Shown here piece after piece: positions 27,400 through 36,938 of a stretch of 64,000 bases of DNA. A program made the position numbers and the translations under genes. Origin of the DNA: Parcubacteria group bacterium (GTDB lineage Bacteria; Patescibacteriota; Minisyncoccia; Phycocordibacterales; UBA2135); the NCBI GenBank assembly GCA_016204045.1, contig JACQLQ010000004.1, positions 164,927-228,926 of the forward strand. The letters are read 5' to 3'. The notes beneath the pieces were generated by a model. The model was given only the letters and a program-made list of their open reading frames with translations. It was not told the DNA's origin and searched no databases. Position 1 is the stretch's first letter. Every line of letters begins with the position of its first letter.

Positions 27400-27527
27400 G
27401 AACGATTAGATTACACCACGCTATGTATAATATTTGAGAATACCCCATTACATCTATACCTGTCAAGCCCCCCTCCCCAAAGCACTGGTTCTGCCCCTTC
27501 CGCCTTTTATTTCCTTGGATTTCTACC

Positions 27528-30383
27528 CTAGACGGCAACAATATTGACCAGCTTGCCTTGTACGTAAATCACTCGTTTCACCTCCTTGCCAAGCGTCCAT
27601 TTCTTGACCGACTCTTCCGCGAGTGCCTTCTCTTTTACCGCATATTCTTCTTCTTCCGGAGAAATGTCAAGTTCTCCGCGCACTTTGCCGTTCACTTGTA
27701 TGACGACGGTGATTTTTCCCTCTTTTATTTTTGTTTCATCATGGTTCGGCCAACTCTCTGTATACAGAGATTTTTTATTTCCAAGCATGTGCCAAAGCTC
27801 TTCGGTGATGTGCGGCGCAAAAGGGTAAAGCAAAAGAAGAAGGGTTGTGTACGTCGCGAGCGGCACCTCCCCCATTGTCTCAAGACTGTTTACAAAAACC
27901 ATCATCGCTGATACTGCGGTGTTAAACCGAAACGCCTCGATGTCTGTCGTCACTTTCTTTATTGTCTTGTGTGTCAGAATGTCTATCTCTTCTGTGTGCA
28001 GAGCGTCTTTGTTCACCTTTTCTTGCAGACGCCACACCTTCTCCAGGAACCTCCGTGGCCCGATAATGCTTTCCGCACTCCACATACTACTCTCTTCAAA
28101 GGGCCCCATAAACATTTCGTAGAGGCGTAGTGTATCTGCTCCATAGTTCGAGACCACATCGTCGGGATTCACGACATTCCCCCACCGCTTCGACATCTTG
28201 CGCCCGTCTTCGCCATAAATAAGTCCGACACCCTTCAGGCGTCCGAAGGGCTCCCGATAGTTCACAACACCAATGTCATAGAGAAACTTGTGCCAGAAGC
28301 GTGCATAAATGAGGTGACGCGTTGCATGCTCGACTCCTCCTTCATAGAGATCGATCGGCGACCAGTATCCCTCTTTCTTTTTATCGACAAGTGCTGAGTT
28401 ATTGTGAGGGTCGATAAAGCGAAGGTAATACCAAGAAGAGCCGGCCCACTGGGGCATAGTATTTGTCTCGCGCTTTCCCTTGCCTCCACAATTAGGGCAT
28501 GCAACATTGACCCATTCCTCGATTGCCGCAAGCGGAGACTCCCCCGTCCCTGTTGGTTCGTACGATACTACGTCAGGAAGCACCACGGGCAGATCTTTCT
28601 CCGCGACAGGCACAACACCACACTTGCTACAGTGGATCATTGGAATCGGCTCACCCCAATACCTTTGGCGAGAGAACACCCAATCGCGCAGTTTATAGTC
28701 CACTTTTCTTTCGCCGCCAACAAATTCGGTGATACTCCACTTCGCTTCTTCACTTGAAAGACTGTCGAATGTACCCGAGTTCTTGAGTATGCCTCCGCCC
28801 GTATATGCACAGACTCCGTTGCTACAGAGCATCTCGAGGGCATGTTGGTGCGAGTCGGGTGTCAGAAAAGTTTTAAGCTCATTGAGGGTAAGCCACAAGA
28901 CTTCGTGCTTTGCTTGTTCCTCCTCGGTCACATCTACCCGAGCATCGCCTTCTAACTGAAAGAGGAGTACTCGAGAGTGAGCAAAACGATTGACCTTTTT
29001 GGGCACATGATAGAACTTCCCGTGCACTATACCGAAATCGTGTACCAACCGGAGACTCTGATAGCCTGTTTCTTCTTCAATCTCCGCACGCGCAGCGCTC
29101 TCCGCTGTCTGCCCCTTCTCAATACCTCCGGTAATAAAGGTACCCCAAGCGACCTGCTTCCACTTGAGCGCCATATACTTCTCTTCTGACCAATGCTTCA
29201 CGATTGCGATGATCGCATCGCGGTGGTCAAAGGGCAAGCCCTCTTTCACCTTCCCTGGCTCTGTAGATTGGGTAAAGACAGGCTCTATGACTTCGCGTAT
29301 AGGCAATCCAAATTTCTGCGCAAATGCAAAGTCGCGCTCATCATGCGCGGGTACCGCCATAATGGCTCCCGTGCCGTAATGCGCGAGAACATAATCAGCG
29401 ATCCACACAGGCAACGCCTCCTTGTTCGCTGGGTTTATAGCCTTGACCCCCTTGAGCTCGACTCCCGTCTTTTCTTTTTCTCCCGCCGTCCTCTCCAGGT
29501 CTGTTTTCCTCTTCGCTTGCGCTACGTATTCATTCACCTCTTCTGTATTCAAAATGCTCGATGCCAACTTCGTAACCAACGGATGCTCCGGCGAGAGTAC
29601 CATATATGTCGCACCAAAAAGCGTATCTGGCCTCGTCGTAAAAACTTTTATTCCAAATTCTGAATTCTGAATCTTAAATTCTATTTCTGCTCCTTCGCTT
29701 CTGCCAATCCAGTTTCGTTGTGACTCCTTGATGTGCTCTGGCCACTCAAGGTCGCTCAAATCTTCCAACAGTCGATCAGCGTACTCACGAATCTTCAACA
29801 CCCATTGTCGTATCGGTCTCTGCTCTACATCACTCCCGCAGCGCTCACACTTACCCGCCTCCAGATCCTCGAAAGCAAGCCCCGTCTTGCATGAAGGGCA
29901 CCAGTTAATCGGCTCGTGGGACTCGTAGGCAAGCCCCTTCTTCCAAAGCTGGAGGAATATCCACTGTGTCCACTTGTAGTACTTTGGGTCGGTTGTATTT
30001 ATCTCGCGCTCCCAGTCATAGTTAAGTCCGAGTTTCTCTAACTGCTCTTTGAAGTGCGCAATGTTTTTTTCTACTGCGACTTTGGGGTGTATTTTGTTCT
30101 TGATGGCATAGTTTTCTGCGGGCAAACCAAAAGCATCCCACCCCATGGGATGCAATATGTTGTATCCGCTCATCTTCTTGAAGCGAGAATAGATGTCGGA
30201 GGCAATATAGCCCTTCGGGTGCCCCACATGAAGCCCCTCCCCCGAGGGGTAGGGAAACATGTCGAGCACATAGGCCTTGGGCTTCTTGGGGTCCTCCTCG
30301 GTTTTGTAGAGATTCTCTTTGCGCCAAGCTTCCTGCCACTTCTTTTCTATTTTTTTATGGTCGTACTGACGCATACCCGCCAT
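27528..30383 (-). CDS. leuS: leucine-tRNA ligase with an inserted Nudix-like domain
   Basis: HVGH, CP1 editing motif TTRPDTLFGATY, KMSKR; about 150 extra residues (approx. aa 370-530) containing GGIEKGQTAESAARAEIEEETGY. Confidence 0.93.
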   Translation of the reverse strand: MAGMRQYDHKKIEKKWQEAWRKENLYKTEEDPKKPKAYVLDMFPYPSGEGLHVGHPKGYIASDIYSRFKKMSGYNILHPMGWDAFGLPAENYAIKNKIHPKVAVEKNIAHFKEQLEKLGLNYDWEREINTTDPKYYKWTQWIFLQLWKKGLAYESHEPINWCPSCKTGLAFEDLEAGKCERCGSDVEQRPIRQWVLKIREYADRLLEDLSDLEWPEHIKESQRNWIGRSEGAEIEFKIQNSEFGIKVFTTRPDTLFGATYMVLSPEHPLVTKLASSILNTEEVNEYVAQAKRKTDLERTAGEKEKTGVELKGVKAINPANKEALPVWIADYVLAHYGTGAIMAVPAHDERDFAFAQKFGLPIREVIEPVFTQSTEPGKVKEGLPFDHRDAIIAIVKHWSEEKYMALKWKQVAWGTFITGGIEKGQTAESAARAEIEEETGYQSLRLVHDFGIVHGKFYHVPKKVNRFAHSRVLLFQLEGDARVDVTEEEQAKHEVLWLTLNELKTFLTPDSHQHALEMLCSNGVCAYTGGGILKNSGTFDSLSSEEAKWSITEFVGGERKVDYKLRDWVFSRQRYWGEPIPMIHCSKCGVVPVAEKDLPVVLPDVVSYEPTGTGESPLAAIEEWVNVACPNCGGKGKRETNTMPQWAGSSWYYLRFIDPHNNSALVDKKKEGYWSPIDLYEGGVEHATRHLIYARFWHKFLYDIGVVNYREPFGRLKGVGLIYGEDGRKMSKRWGNVVNPDDVVSNYGADTLRLYEMFMGPFEESSMWSAESIIGPRRFLEKVWRLQEKVNKDALHTEEIDILTHKTIKKVTTDIEAFRFNTAVSAMMVFVNSLETMGEVPLATYTTLLLLLYPFAPHITEELWHMLGNKKSLYTESWPNHDETKIKEGKITVVIQVNGKVRGELDISPEEEEYAVKEKALAEESVKKWTLGKEVKRVIYVQGKLVNIVAV

Positions 30384-30955
30384 TACTCTTCCTTTTTACC
30401 AAACCACCTAATACCTGCGTAGACGAGCGCCGCGAGTGCAAGCCCCAGGATCCCGACACGGAGATAGTCGGGCATGTCAGCCCAGTAGCGCATAGAAGCG
30501 ACAATATAGGTCAAGATACCGCCGAGCCCGAAACCGATGGAGACAATTTCATACATTCGGAGGAAGAAGCTCCCCAAGAGGGCTACCGTACCAAGAATGA
30601 CCAAAACTATGAAAGAGTTCCTGTTATAGAGCTGGTGTGCATCCTCGAATTCTTTCCGACACGTAAACTCGGGGTCACAGTACCCCTCCTTCAAAACCTC
30701 AATAGGAGCTGGCTCTGTATAGCCTCGCGGGAATCCTTTTTGCAGGAACTGATCGTCCACCCACTGTCCGCCCACGGCGACACATTCATCTTTTTTCTGC
30801 GGCACAATGCGCACCTGCTCTTGCTTACAAAAGTTGGTGTACTCTGGCGTTTCATAGACGAGCTGTACGCCAAAGACAAAGAAAAGGTCGAGTACGATGA
30901 CAGTGGCGGCGACGAGCCCCCATTTGAGGAAGGCGTGGGGTTTGAGGTGTAACAT
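30383..30955 (-). CDS. hypothetical membrane protein
   Basis: Several TM segments; 1-nt overlap with the leuS start. Confidence 0.5.
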   Translation of the reverse strand: MLHLKPHAFLKWGLVAATVIVLDLFFVFGVQLVYETPEYTNFCKQEQVRIVPQKKDECVAVGGQWVDDQFLQKGFPRGYTEPAPIEVLKEGYCDPEFTCRKEFEDAHQLYNRNSFIVLVILGTVALLGSFFLRMYEIVSIGFGLGGILTYIVASMRYWADMPDYLRVGILGLALAALVYAGIRWFGKKEE

Positions 30956-31016
30956 AAGGTTTGTGTGTTATCTATTTGTCTCTATGATACCACAGGCCAA
31001 TGCCGTTTTTAAGACG

Positions 31017-32093
31017 TTATATTCTAAACTCAATCACGTCCCCATCCTGCACTACATAGTCTTTCCCCTCGGTCCTTACCAAGCCCTTTTCTCTTGCGAC
31101 CGGGTACGAACCAGAAGAAAGGAGATCTGCCGAGCTCACCACCTCCGCGCGTATAAACTTGTCGTGGAAGTCGGTGTGGATGGCGCGCCCAGCTTGGGGT
31201 GCAGTTGAGTCACGCTTTATCGTCCACCCCCTCGTCTCATCGGCTCCAGTGGTAAAAAAGGTGATGAGGTTCAAAAGCTCGTAGCTTTTGCGGATCAAGA
31301 GGTCGAGCCCCTCTTCGGAGACGCCGAATTCCTGCCGAGCAATTGTCTTTTCTGTCTCACTGAATTCCGCAATGCCCCGCTCGAGCGCCACATCAAACGA
31401 AACCCACTTGGCTCCTGTCTTGTTTACAAAATCCACGACTTCGTCAGGAAGCTCTGCTTGATCTGACTTACGGTTAAAGCAGTAGAGTATCGGCTTCATG
31501 GTGAGGAGGTTCAAGGATTGCACCAATATGAGTTCGTCTTCCGAAAGAGCAACATTTTGCGCAAGTTTCCCGCCATCAAATGCTGCTTCCAACTTCTGTA
31601 GTACTTCGTCTAAAGCGACTGCTTCTTTTTTCCCTGCTCGTTTTTCTTTCTCTAAACCTGCTCGACGTTTCGAAACAACTTCGTAATCAGCGAGGATGAG
31701 CTCGAGGTTAATGACTTCAATATCACGAAGTGGGTTCACCTCTCCGGAGGTGTGCACAATATCTGGGTCTTCGAAAATCCGAACCACCTCTGCAATGGCG
31801 TCTACTTCACGAATGTTTTGGAGAAACTTATTACCGAGCCCTTCGCCTTTCGAGGCACCAGCGACGAGACCAGCGATGTCAGTGAATTCAACAACCGCGG
31901 GGATAGTTTTTGCAGAGTTGGAAAGCGCAGACAATTGGTTGAGCCGTGGATCGGGGACAGGCACAATACCCACAGACGGGTCAATAGTGCAAAACGGATA
32001 ATTCTCCGCAGGCACACTTCGCCCCGTCAATGCATTAAAGAGTGTGGACTTCCCCACATTCGGCAAACCTACAATTCCTATTGAGAGAGACAT
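31017..32093 (-). CDS. ychF: redox-regulated ATPase YchF (Obg-family GTPase)
   Basis: GIVGLPNVGKSTLFNALT P-loop; TGS C-terminal domain. Confidence 0.95.
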   Translation of the reverse strand: MSLSIGIVGLPNVGKSTLFNALTGRSVPAENYPFCTIDPSVGIVPVPDPRLNQLSALSNSAKTIPAVVEFTDIAGLVAGASKGEGLGNKFLQNIREVDAIAEVVRIFEDPDIVHTSGEVNPLRDIEVINLELILADYEVVSKRRAGLEKEKRAGKKEAVALDEVLQKLEAAFDGGKLAQNVALSEDELILVQSLNLLTMKPILYCFNRKSDQAELPDEVVDFVNKTGAKWVSFDVALERGIAEFSETEKTIARQEFGVSEEGLDLLIRKSYELLNLITFFTTGADETRGWTIKRDSTAPQAGRAIHTDFHDKFIRAEVVSSADLLSSGSYPVAREKGLVRTEGKDYVVQDGDVIEFRI

Positions 32094-32123
32094 AAGAGCA
32101 TACTATACCACACTTTCAAAACT

Positions 32124-32152
32124 TAAAAAGAGACGTCTTACGCGTCTCTTTT
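32124..32152. terminator. bidirectional A/T-flanked hairpin terminator
   Basis: aaaaagagacg-tcttacg-cgtctcttttt (11-bp stem). Confidence 0.65.
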
Positions 32153-32208
32153 TAAGTTTGTTACGCGAGGGACGAGGAGAAAAAAATACATCACGAAACT
32201 TTAGATTA

Positions 32209-32457
32209 AATCGTGACTGTCCCCATTTCTTTTACGGCATAACTGTGTACGCAAGAATGCGCATGTCGATAAGCTCCTTGGCATCGAGCATAAGTTTCTC
32301 AAACCGTCGATAGTCTTCGGGGGCGTCGAAGATCTGCATACGACCGTTTGCGCGATTGATGACGTGATAGACCTCATTACCAACGTCGACGCGAGCTAAT
32401 CGTGGCATTCAATAATTATATCATGATTTGCAGAAAAGAATCGTGACTGTCCCCATT
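32209..32457. repeat. 19-nt perfect direct repeat (aatcgtgactgtccccatt) at 32209-32227 and 32439-32457, bracketing the transposase fragment
   Basis: Exact match seen in the sequence. Confidence 0.8.
32232..32408 (-). pseudogene. truncated IS200/IS605-family (Y1 HUH / RAYT-like) transposase, N-terminal 58 codons only
   Basis: MPRLARVDVGNEVYHVINRANGRMQIFDAPEDYRRFEKLMLDAKELIDMRILAYTVMP then a stop, exactly where the HUH motif (NHxHLL) should follow. Confidence 0.7.
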
Positions 32458-32521
32458 ATTCTTGGATACTTTTTATCTCATTCCTCGTTCAAGCACTCAT
32501 TTCGCATGACCTATCTTCTTA

Positions 32522-33199
32522 TTATTTTGTCTTGACGATTGTATATCCCATAGAAAATATCAACAAAACTATACTGACAGGAATTAAGAATTTGATTGAT
32601 GAAGAAGAATTCCCTTCGGCTGCAAATAATCCGACGAAAAAGAGCACTGTGCTTAATAATATTGCTCCGCTCCCTATGAGCTTATGCTTATTTGCAACTA
32701 AGTAACCACGAGAGCTTTTTATGTCTGATTCTTTTTGCAAAGCTTTCGTTATGGCTATCTCATTTGTCGAAGAGATTTTTCCTACTCCGAGTACTCTGCT
32801 TACGTGAGCTATGGCTTCTATTCCGTACAGATTTTCCCCAATACTAGTAAATTTACTTTTCCCGTTAACTACAAACCGTATATTAAGACCATTCCCATAA
32901 CCCAAACCGCCACGAAAAAGTTTTCCATACTGGATTGCTTGTACGTCAGAAATCTGTATGGTAGTGACAGGAAAATTCAAAAAATAAGTTCTCGCATAGT
33001 TGCTTCCAACTTCTAGTTTCCCTGCAAAAGGAATCAGGGCGATCAAAATCGCCATTCCTGAAAGAATCGAAAATCCAATCCATTTTTCTGTTGTCATTGG
33101 ATTATCTCCCAGTAGAAAAACTACTCCTAAGAAAATTGGAACGAACAGTAGCGCGATAGTATAGTATTTATTTGCTTTATAAACTTTGATGTTTGTGCT
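32522..33199 (-). CDS. membrane protein, candidate immunity protein for the orphan RHS toxin
   Basis: Lies immediately downstream of the RHS-CT gene; multi-TM; AT-rich; start taken at MSTNIK. Confidence 0.45.
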   Translation of the reverse strand, partial: STNIKVYKANKYYTIALLFVPIFLGVVFLLGDNPMTTEKWIGFSILSGMAILIALIPFAGKLEVGSNYARTYFLNFPVTTIQISDVQAIQYGKLFRGGLGYGNGLNIRFVVNGKSKFTSIGENLYGIEAIAHVSRVLGVGKISSTNEIAITKALQKESDIKSSRGYLVANKHKLIGSGAILLSTVLFFVGLFAAEGNSSSSIKFLIPVSIVLLIFSMGYTIVKTK

Positions 33200-33209
33200 C
33201 ATATAATTT

Positions 33210-34613
33210 CTATTTACTAGTTGCCGGCGTTGACTGCCCGCCAGATACCCACTCATCTTTACCAAAATCATATGTTCCAGCTCCGGGTCCAAAGTTATAA
33301 GTACCAACAAAATTTCCACTTCCGGTATTCCCCACGCCTATAGCCTTAGCGGCATCTTGAGAAGTAGACGTAAAATTGTGGCTACCTATTAGCTGACTTG
33401 TGTAATCTGAAATTCCTCCAATACCAAGTTGCAGAGCACTTTGTTGTGTATGTTTTCCGTAAAGCCATGCATTCGTTCCAAAGTCTGGTAAACGTCCTGG
33501 AACCCCTGGCACAAGTTTTCCCGCTCCAAACGTAAGACCTCCGATTACGGTGTCTGCGGCAAATGATTGCCATGAAACTACTTCGCCAAGCGCATAGTTG
33601 CCTCCTGCGCCAGTTAGACCTGAGGCAAGGCCAACAGCCCCAATTTGAGCAGTAATTCCGTACGCCGCCGCTAAACCGCCCGTGCCTCCAACAATTGCAC
33701 CTTGTATTGCACGCACCGCATAAGTTTCTGGACTGGATAGACCACTATAAAACGCACTGGCACTGAAGCCATTTGCACTAATGTTGTTATATACATCATA
33801 GCCATATTGGCCTAGCATCCCTGCTCCCGCACCTATTATACATTGCGGGCATTTGCCAGTAGGATCACTTTTATTTATAGGGTTATTTTCCCCATACGAG
33901 TATGAATTTAAACTCTGTGGATTTTCAAGGTTTTGATTTGCCGGATTACCCCAGAATATTGGATCTTGACTTAAGAACTGTCCTTGCAGACTTCGATAGT
34001 AGCGTGAGTTCAAATAATTGAGCTCTGTCTCTGTATCAAGTCGTTCTCCGATAAAAGCACGCTCAAGTGGGTCGCCAGTTGAAACTCTTTCGCTACCAAA
34101 AGGATGATAATCTCTCGCGGAAAGAACGTCGCCGTCTTCGTCTGTAGTCACGGTCACGCTTCCAAGGTGATCGTTGTGCGCAAAGCTCGTTGTTGTCGCA
34201 CTTCCGTTTCCGTCGACGGTAGCTAGTAATACACCTCGGTTATCAAACACATGTTTGGTAGTCGTTGCAGAAGCCACCGTGTAATAGCTACCCACGTAGC
34301 CAGACACTGCATCACCGCCACCTTCGTTTTCAAAAAGCACGGGAGAGATACCTTCGGGAGTTATGACAAAACATTCAAGACCTTGGGAGGTCTCTTGGGT
34401 ACCTTCCGTCTCCTTTGTATCGATAGGGTCTCCAATACACCCTATCGCCAATTCTGTCGTTAATGGGGTTAATGCAAGAATTTGGCTGGTTTCGGTGAGG
34501 TAAAGGTAGGTGGGAAATTCCACCTGTGTCTCAAGGGCTTCTTCTTGAGCTCCCACAGAAAGTGGGATGCTTATCAGGAAAAAAGCGAGGAGTAGTAAGA
34601 GAGTTCGTAGCAT
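33210..34613 (-). CDS. orphan RHS repeat-associated core protein with signal peptide and a distinct C-terminal toxin domain
   Basis: RYYRSLQGQFLSQDPIFW...NPQSLNSYSYGENNPINKSDPTG core; about 150 aa close to the main RHS C-terminal region (SYYTVASATTTKH...TTDEDGDV...GSERVSTG); then an unrelated Gly-rich CT. Confidence 0.85.
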   Translation of the reverse strand: MLRTLLLLLAFFLISIPLSVGAQEEALETQVEFPTYLYLTETSQILALTPLTTELAIGCIGDPIDTKETEGTQETSQGLECFVITPEGISPVLFENEGGGDAVSGYVGSYYTVASATTTKHVFDNRGVLLATVDGNGSATTTSFAHNDHLGSVTVTTDEDGDVLSARDYHPFGSERVSTGDPLERAFIGERLDTETELNYLNSRYYRSLQGQFLSQDPIFWGNPANQNLENPQSLNSYSYGENNPINKSDPTGKCPQCIIGAGAGMLGQYGYDVYNNISANGFSASAFYSGLSSPETYAVRAIQGAIVGGTGGLAAAYGITAQIGAVGLASGLTGAGGNYALGEVVSWQSFAADTVIGGLTFGAGKLVPGVPGRLPDFGTNAWLYGKHTQQSALQLGIGGISDYTSQLIGSHNFTSTSQDAAKAIGVGNTGSGNFVGTYNFGPGAGTYDFGKDEWVSGGQSTPATSK

Positions 34614-34970
34614 AGTATGCTTTCAATTGTACCAAAATGAGACAAATGCGACACCACAGTGGCATTTTGATGTAGTATCGCGTCTTACCTGTGGATTATT
34701 CTTCTTTGACGACTACAAATATGTGTTAATATATAAATACACTTGGATATATGTGAGTAACCTCACATGAATCCGTAAGAGACTCTCTGAGTGGAAGGAA
34801 TGGCATCATTCCTCCGCCGAAAGCGGTTAAAGCCTTCTTTGGCTTACCCGCTTTTTCAATGTCATGTGATCACGGGTAGTCATAGGCAATGACTGCTTTT
34901 TTGATTGGTGGTCGATACACTCAAAAAAAGCTTTCATGGATGCTAATTAAAAATTAGCCACAAAGCAACC

Positions 34971-36305
34971 ATGAAAACAAAACACTTAGACTTAAAAATT
35001 GAGCATGTCTCAATTGATCTCCTCAAGCCCAGCGAGCACAATCCTCGCCGTTGGGCGGAAGACAAAACATCAACGCTTCGCGAAAGCATCCGTCGTTTCG
35101 GATTGGTAGACCCGATCATCTGCAACAGCGCCACAGGACGGGAAAATGTCGTTATCGGTGGAAACTTTCGATTAAGCGTAGCAAAGGAACTCGGTTTTAC
35201 GGAAGTACCCGTCGTATTCGTAAAAATAGAAGATCTCGAAAAGGAACGCGAGCTAACGATCCGACTGAACAAGAATACTGGCGAGTGGGATTTGGATCTT
35301 CTCGCCGCATTCGACGAAGCACTCCTCAAAGATATCGGATTCTCATCCGAAGAACTCGACGACGTATTCGCAGACCTCGACCCAGAGCCGGAAACGTTCG
35401 ATCTCAAGCACGAGCTCGAGAAAATAGGCATCGAAGAAGTGACCATGCAGAAGGGTGACATCTTCGATCTCGATGGGTCGCGCCTCATGTGCGGCGACTC
35501 AACAATCAAAGAAGATATCTTAACGCTCATGAACGGCGAGAGGTCTGACCTGTGCTTTACTGACCCCCCATATATTCTCGACTACACAAAGGGCAAAAAA
35601 CGGCACGGGAAAGCGACGGAAGGATTTGGTTACAAGCGCGATCGAAAATATCTTGAAACAGATGTGTTGCCGGAAAACTTTACCGACCTTTGGATGGCGA
35701 ACATTGCCGAAGTCCAAAAAGAAAACTTCTCCATCGTTACGTTCGAGAATCCGAAGAATCTCAAAACCATTTGGGAGGCATTGGAAAAGTACTGGAAATA
35801 CCGCAATACAATTGTTTGGCACATTCCGAACCGAGTACAGGGATTCGCCGCTAAGCACAGACTGTTCAACAAGCATGATGTCGCGTTGGTTGGGACATCG
35901 GGAGATGTCGCCTTGAACCAAGAACCCGAAGATGAGTTGTTCCAGAACGAATACGAAACTGCCATTTTCGCGACCGGGGGAAAACCTCACTGGGAAAGCT
36001 ATGGAAAGGGCAAAGAGTATTGCCCTACGGATTTCGTCGAACACATTGCTTCGGATGAGAAGAATTCAGGACAAGGAATCATCTTCGGAACGAAACCAGT
36101 CGAGATACTGATTCCCTACATCAAGGTGCTTACGAAGCGCGGAGATCTTGTGCTAGAACCGTTTGGCGGTTCCGGATCGACGCTCATCGCCTCTGTATCA
36201 CTCGGACGGCGCTGTTACGTCATGGAAAAAGTTCCCACGTACGCCGAGGTCATTATCGCTCGCTGGGAAAAGCATACCGGGAAGAAAGCGAGGAAAATAA
36301 CTTAG
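34971..36305 (+). CDS. ParB-like nuclease domain fused to a beta-class N6A/N4C DNA methyltransferase (orphan, phage-type)
   Basis: N-terminal LKPSEHNPRR (ParB/Srx); CFTDPPY (motif IV) precedes EPFGGSGST (motif I). Confidence 0.85.
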   Translation: MKTKHLDLKIEHVSIDLLKPSEHNPRRWAEDKTSTLRESIRRFGLVDPIICNSATGRENVVIGGNFRLSVAKELGFTEVPVVFVKIEDLEKERELTIRLNKNTGEWDLDLLAAFDEALLKDIGFSSEELDDVFADLDPEPETFDLKHELEKIGIEEVTMQKGDIFDLDGSRLMCGDSTIKEDILTLMNGERSDLCFTDPPYILDYTKGKKRHGKATEGFGYKRDRKYLETDVLPENFTDLWMANIAEVQKENFSIVTFENPKNLKTIWEALEKYWKYRNTIVWHIPNRVQGFAAKHRLFNKHDVALVGTSGDVALNQEPEDELFQNEYETAIFATGGKPHWESYGKGKEYCPTDFVEHIASDEKNSGQGIIFGTKPVEILIPYIKVLTKRGDLVLEPFGGSGSTLIASVSLGRRCYVMEKVPTYAEVIIARWEKHTGKKARKIT

Positions 36306-36314
36306 CAACGCATC

Positions 36315-36938
36315 ATGGCAAAACCGGAACGCACATCTCCAAACAAAATGCCGTTGCGGCAGCCGCCGAAGCGGGAATTAAAGATGCGCCAGATCGTCCG
36401 GCAATTGCAGATTACCCCGATTCCTCAGATAGCATGCGAACGCACGGGGGTATCCCGCGCAACGTATTACCGATGGAGAACCAATGACGTCGTTTTTTCC
36501 CGCGCTGCCGACCACGCGCTTGAGGCCGGACGGTTTTTCGTCAATGATGTTATCGAGTCGCAACTTATTCGAAAAGCAAAAAATGGCGATGGGGCATCCC
36601 AGAGATATTGGCTTTCCCATAACCATCCGAAATACTCGAAAAAGCAAATTCACGAACACTGTCATATCTGCGAAGTGAAAAGTACAGAAGAAAGACACAG
36701 GGACTCTAGGCGCGATCGACGAGGGTACGAAGTCGTTTATGGCGGTATCCTGAAAAATATCGGGGCAGACGAGGTTGACGAACGAATGGAAAAGGATGCC
36801 CACAAGATCGAGGACTGGATGTTTGAGAGATTCGAGATGCTGGGTGAGGATACATCTATTGAAAATGACGGCAACGATCCATCAAACAAATCCGGTCATC
36901 AAAATTCGAACGCGCCTACACCGCCGGATCATTCGTAA
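36315..36938 (+). CDS. HTH protein (phage terminase-small-subunit / HTH_23-like)
   Basis: ACERTGVSRATYYRWR helix-turn-helix near the N-terminus. Confidence 0.5.
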   Translation: MAKPERTSPNKMPLRQPPKRELKMRQIVRQLQITPIPQIACERTGVSRATYYRWRTNDVVFSRAADHALEAGRFFVNDVIESQLIRKAKNGDGASQRYWLSHNHPKYSKKQIHEHCHICEVKSTEERHRDSRRDRRGYEVVYGGILKNIGADEVDERMEKDAHKIEDWMFERFEMLGEDTSIENDGNDPSNKSGHQNSNAPTPPDHS

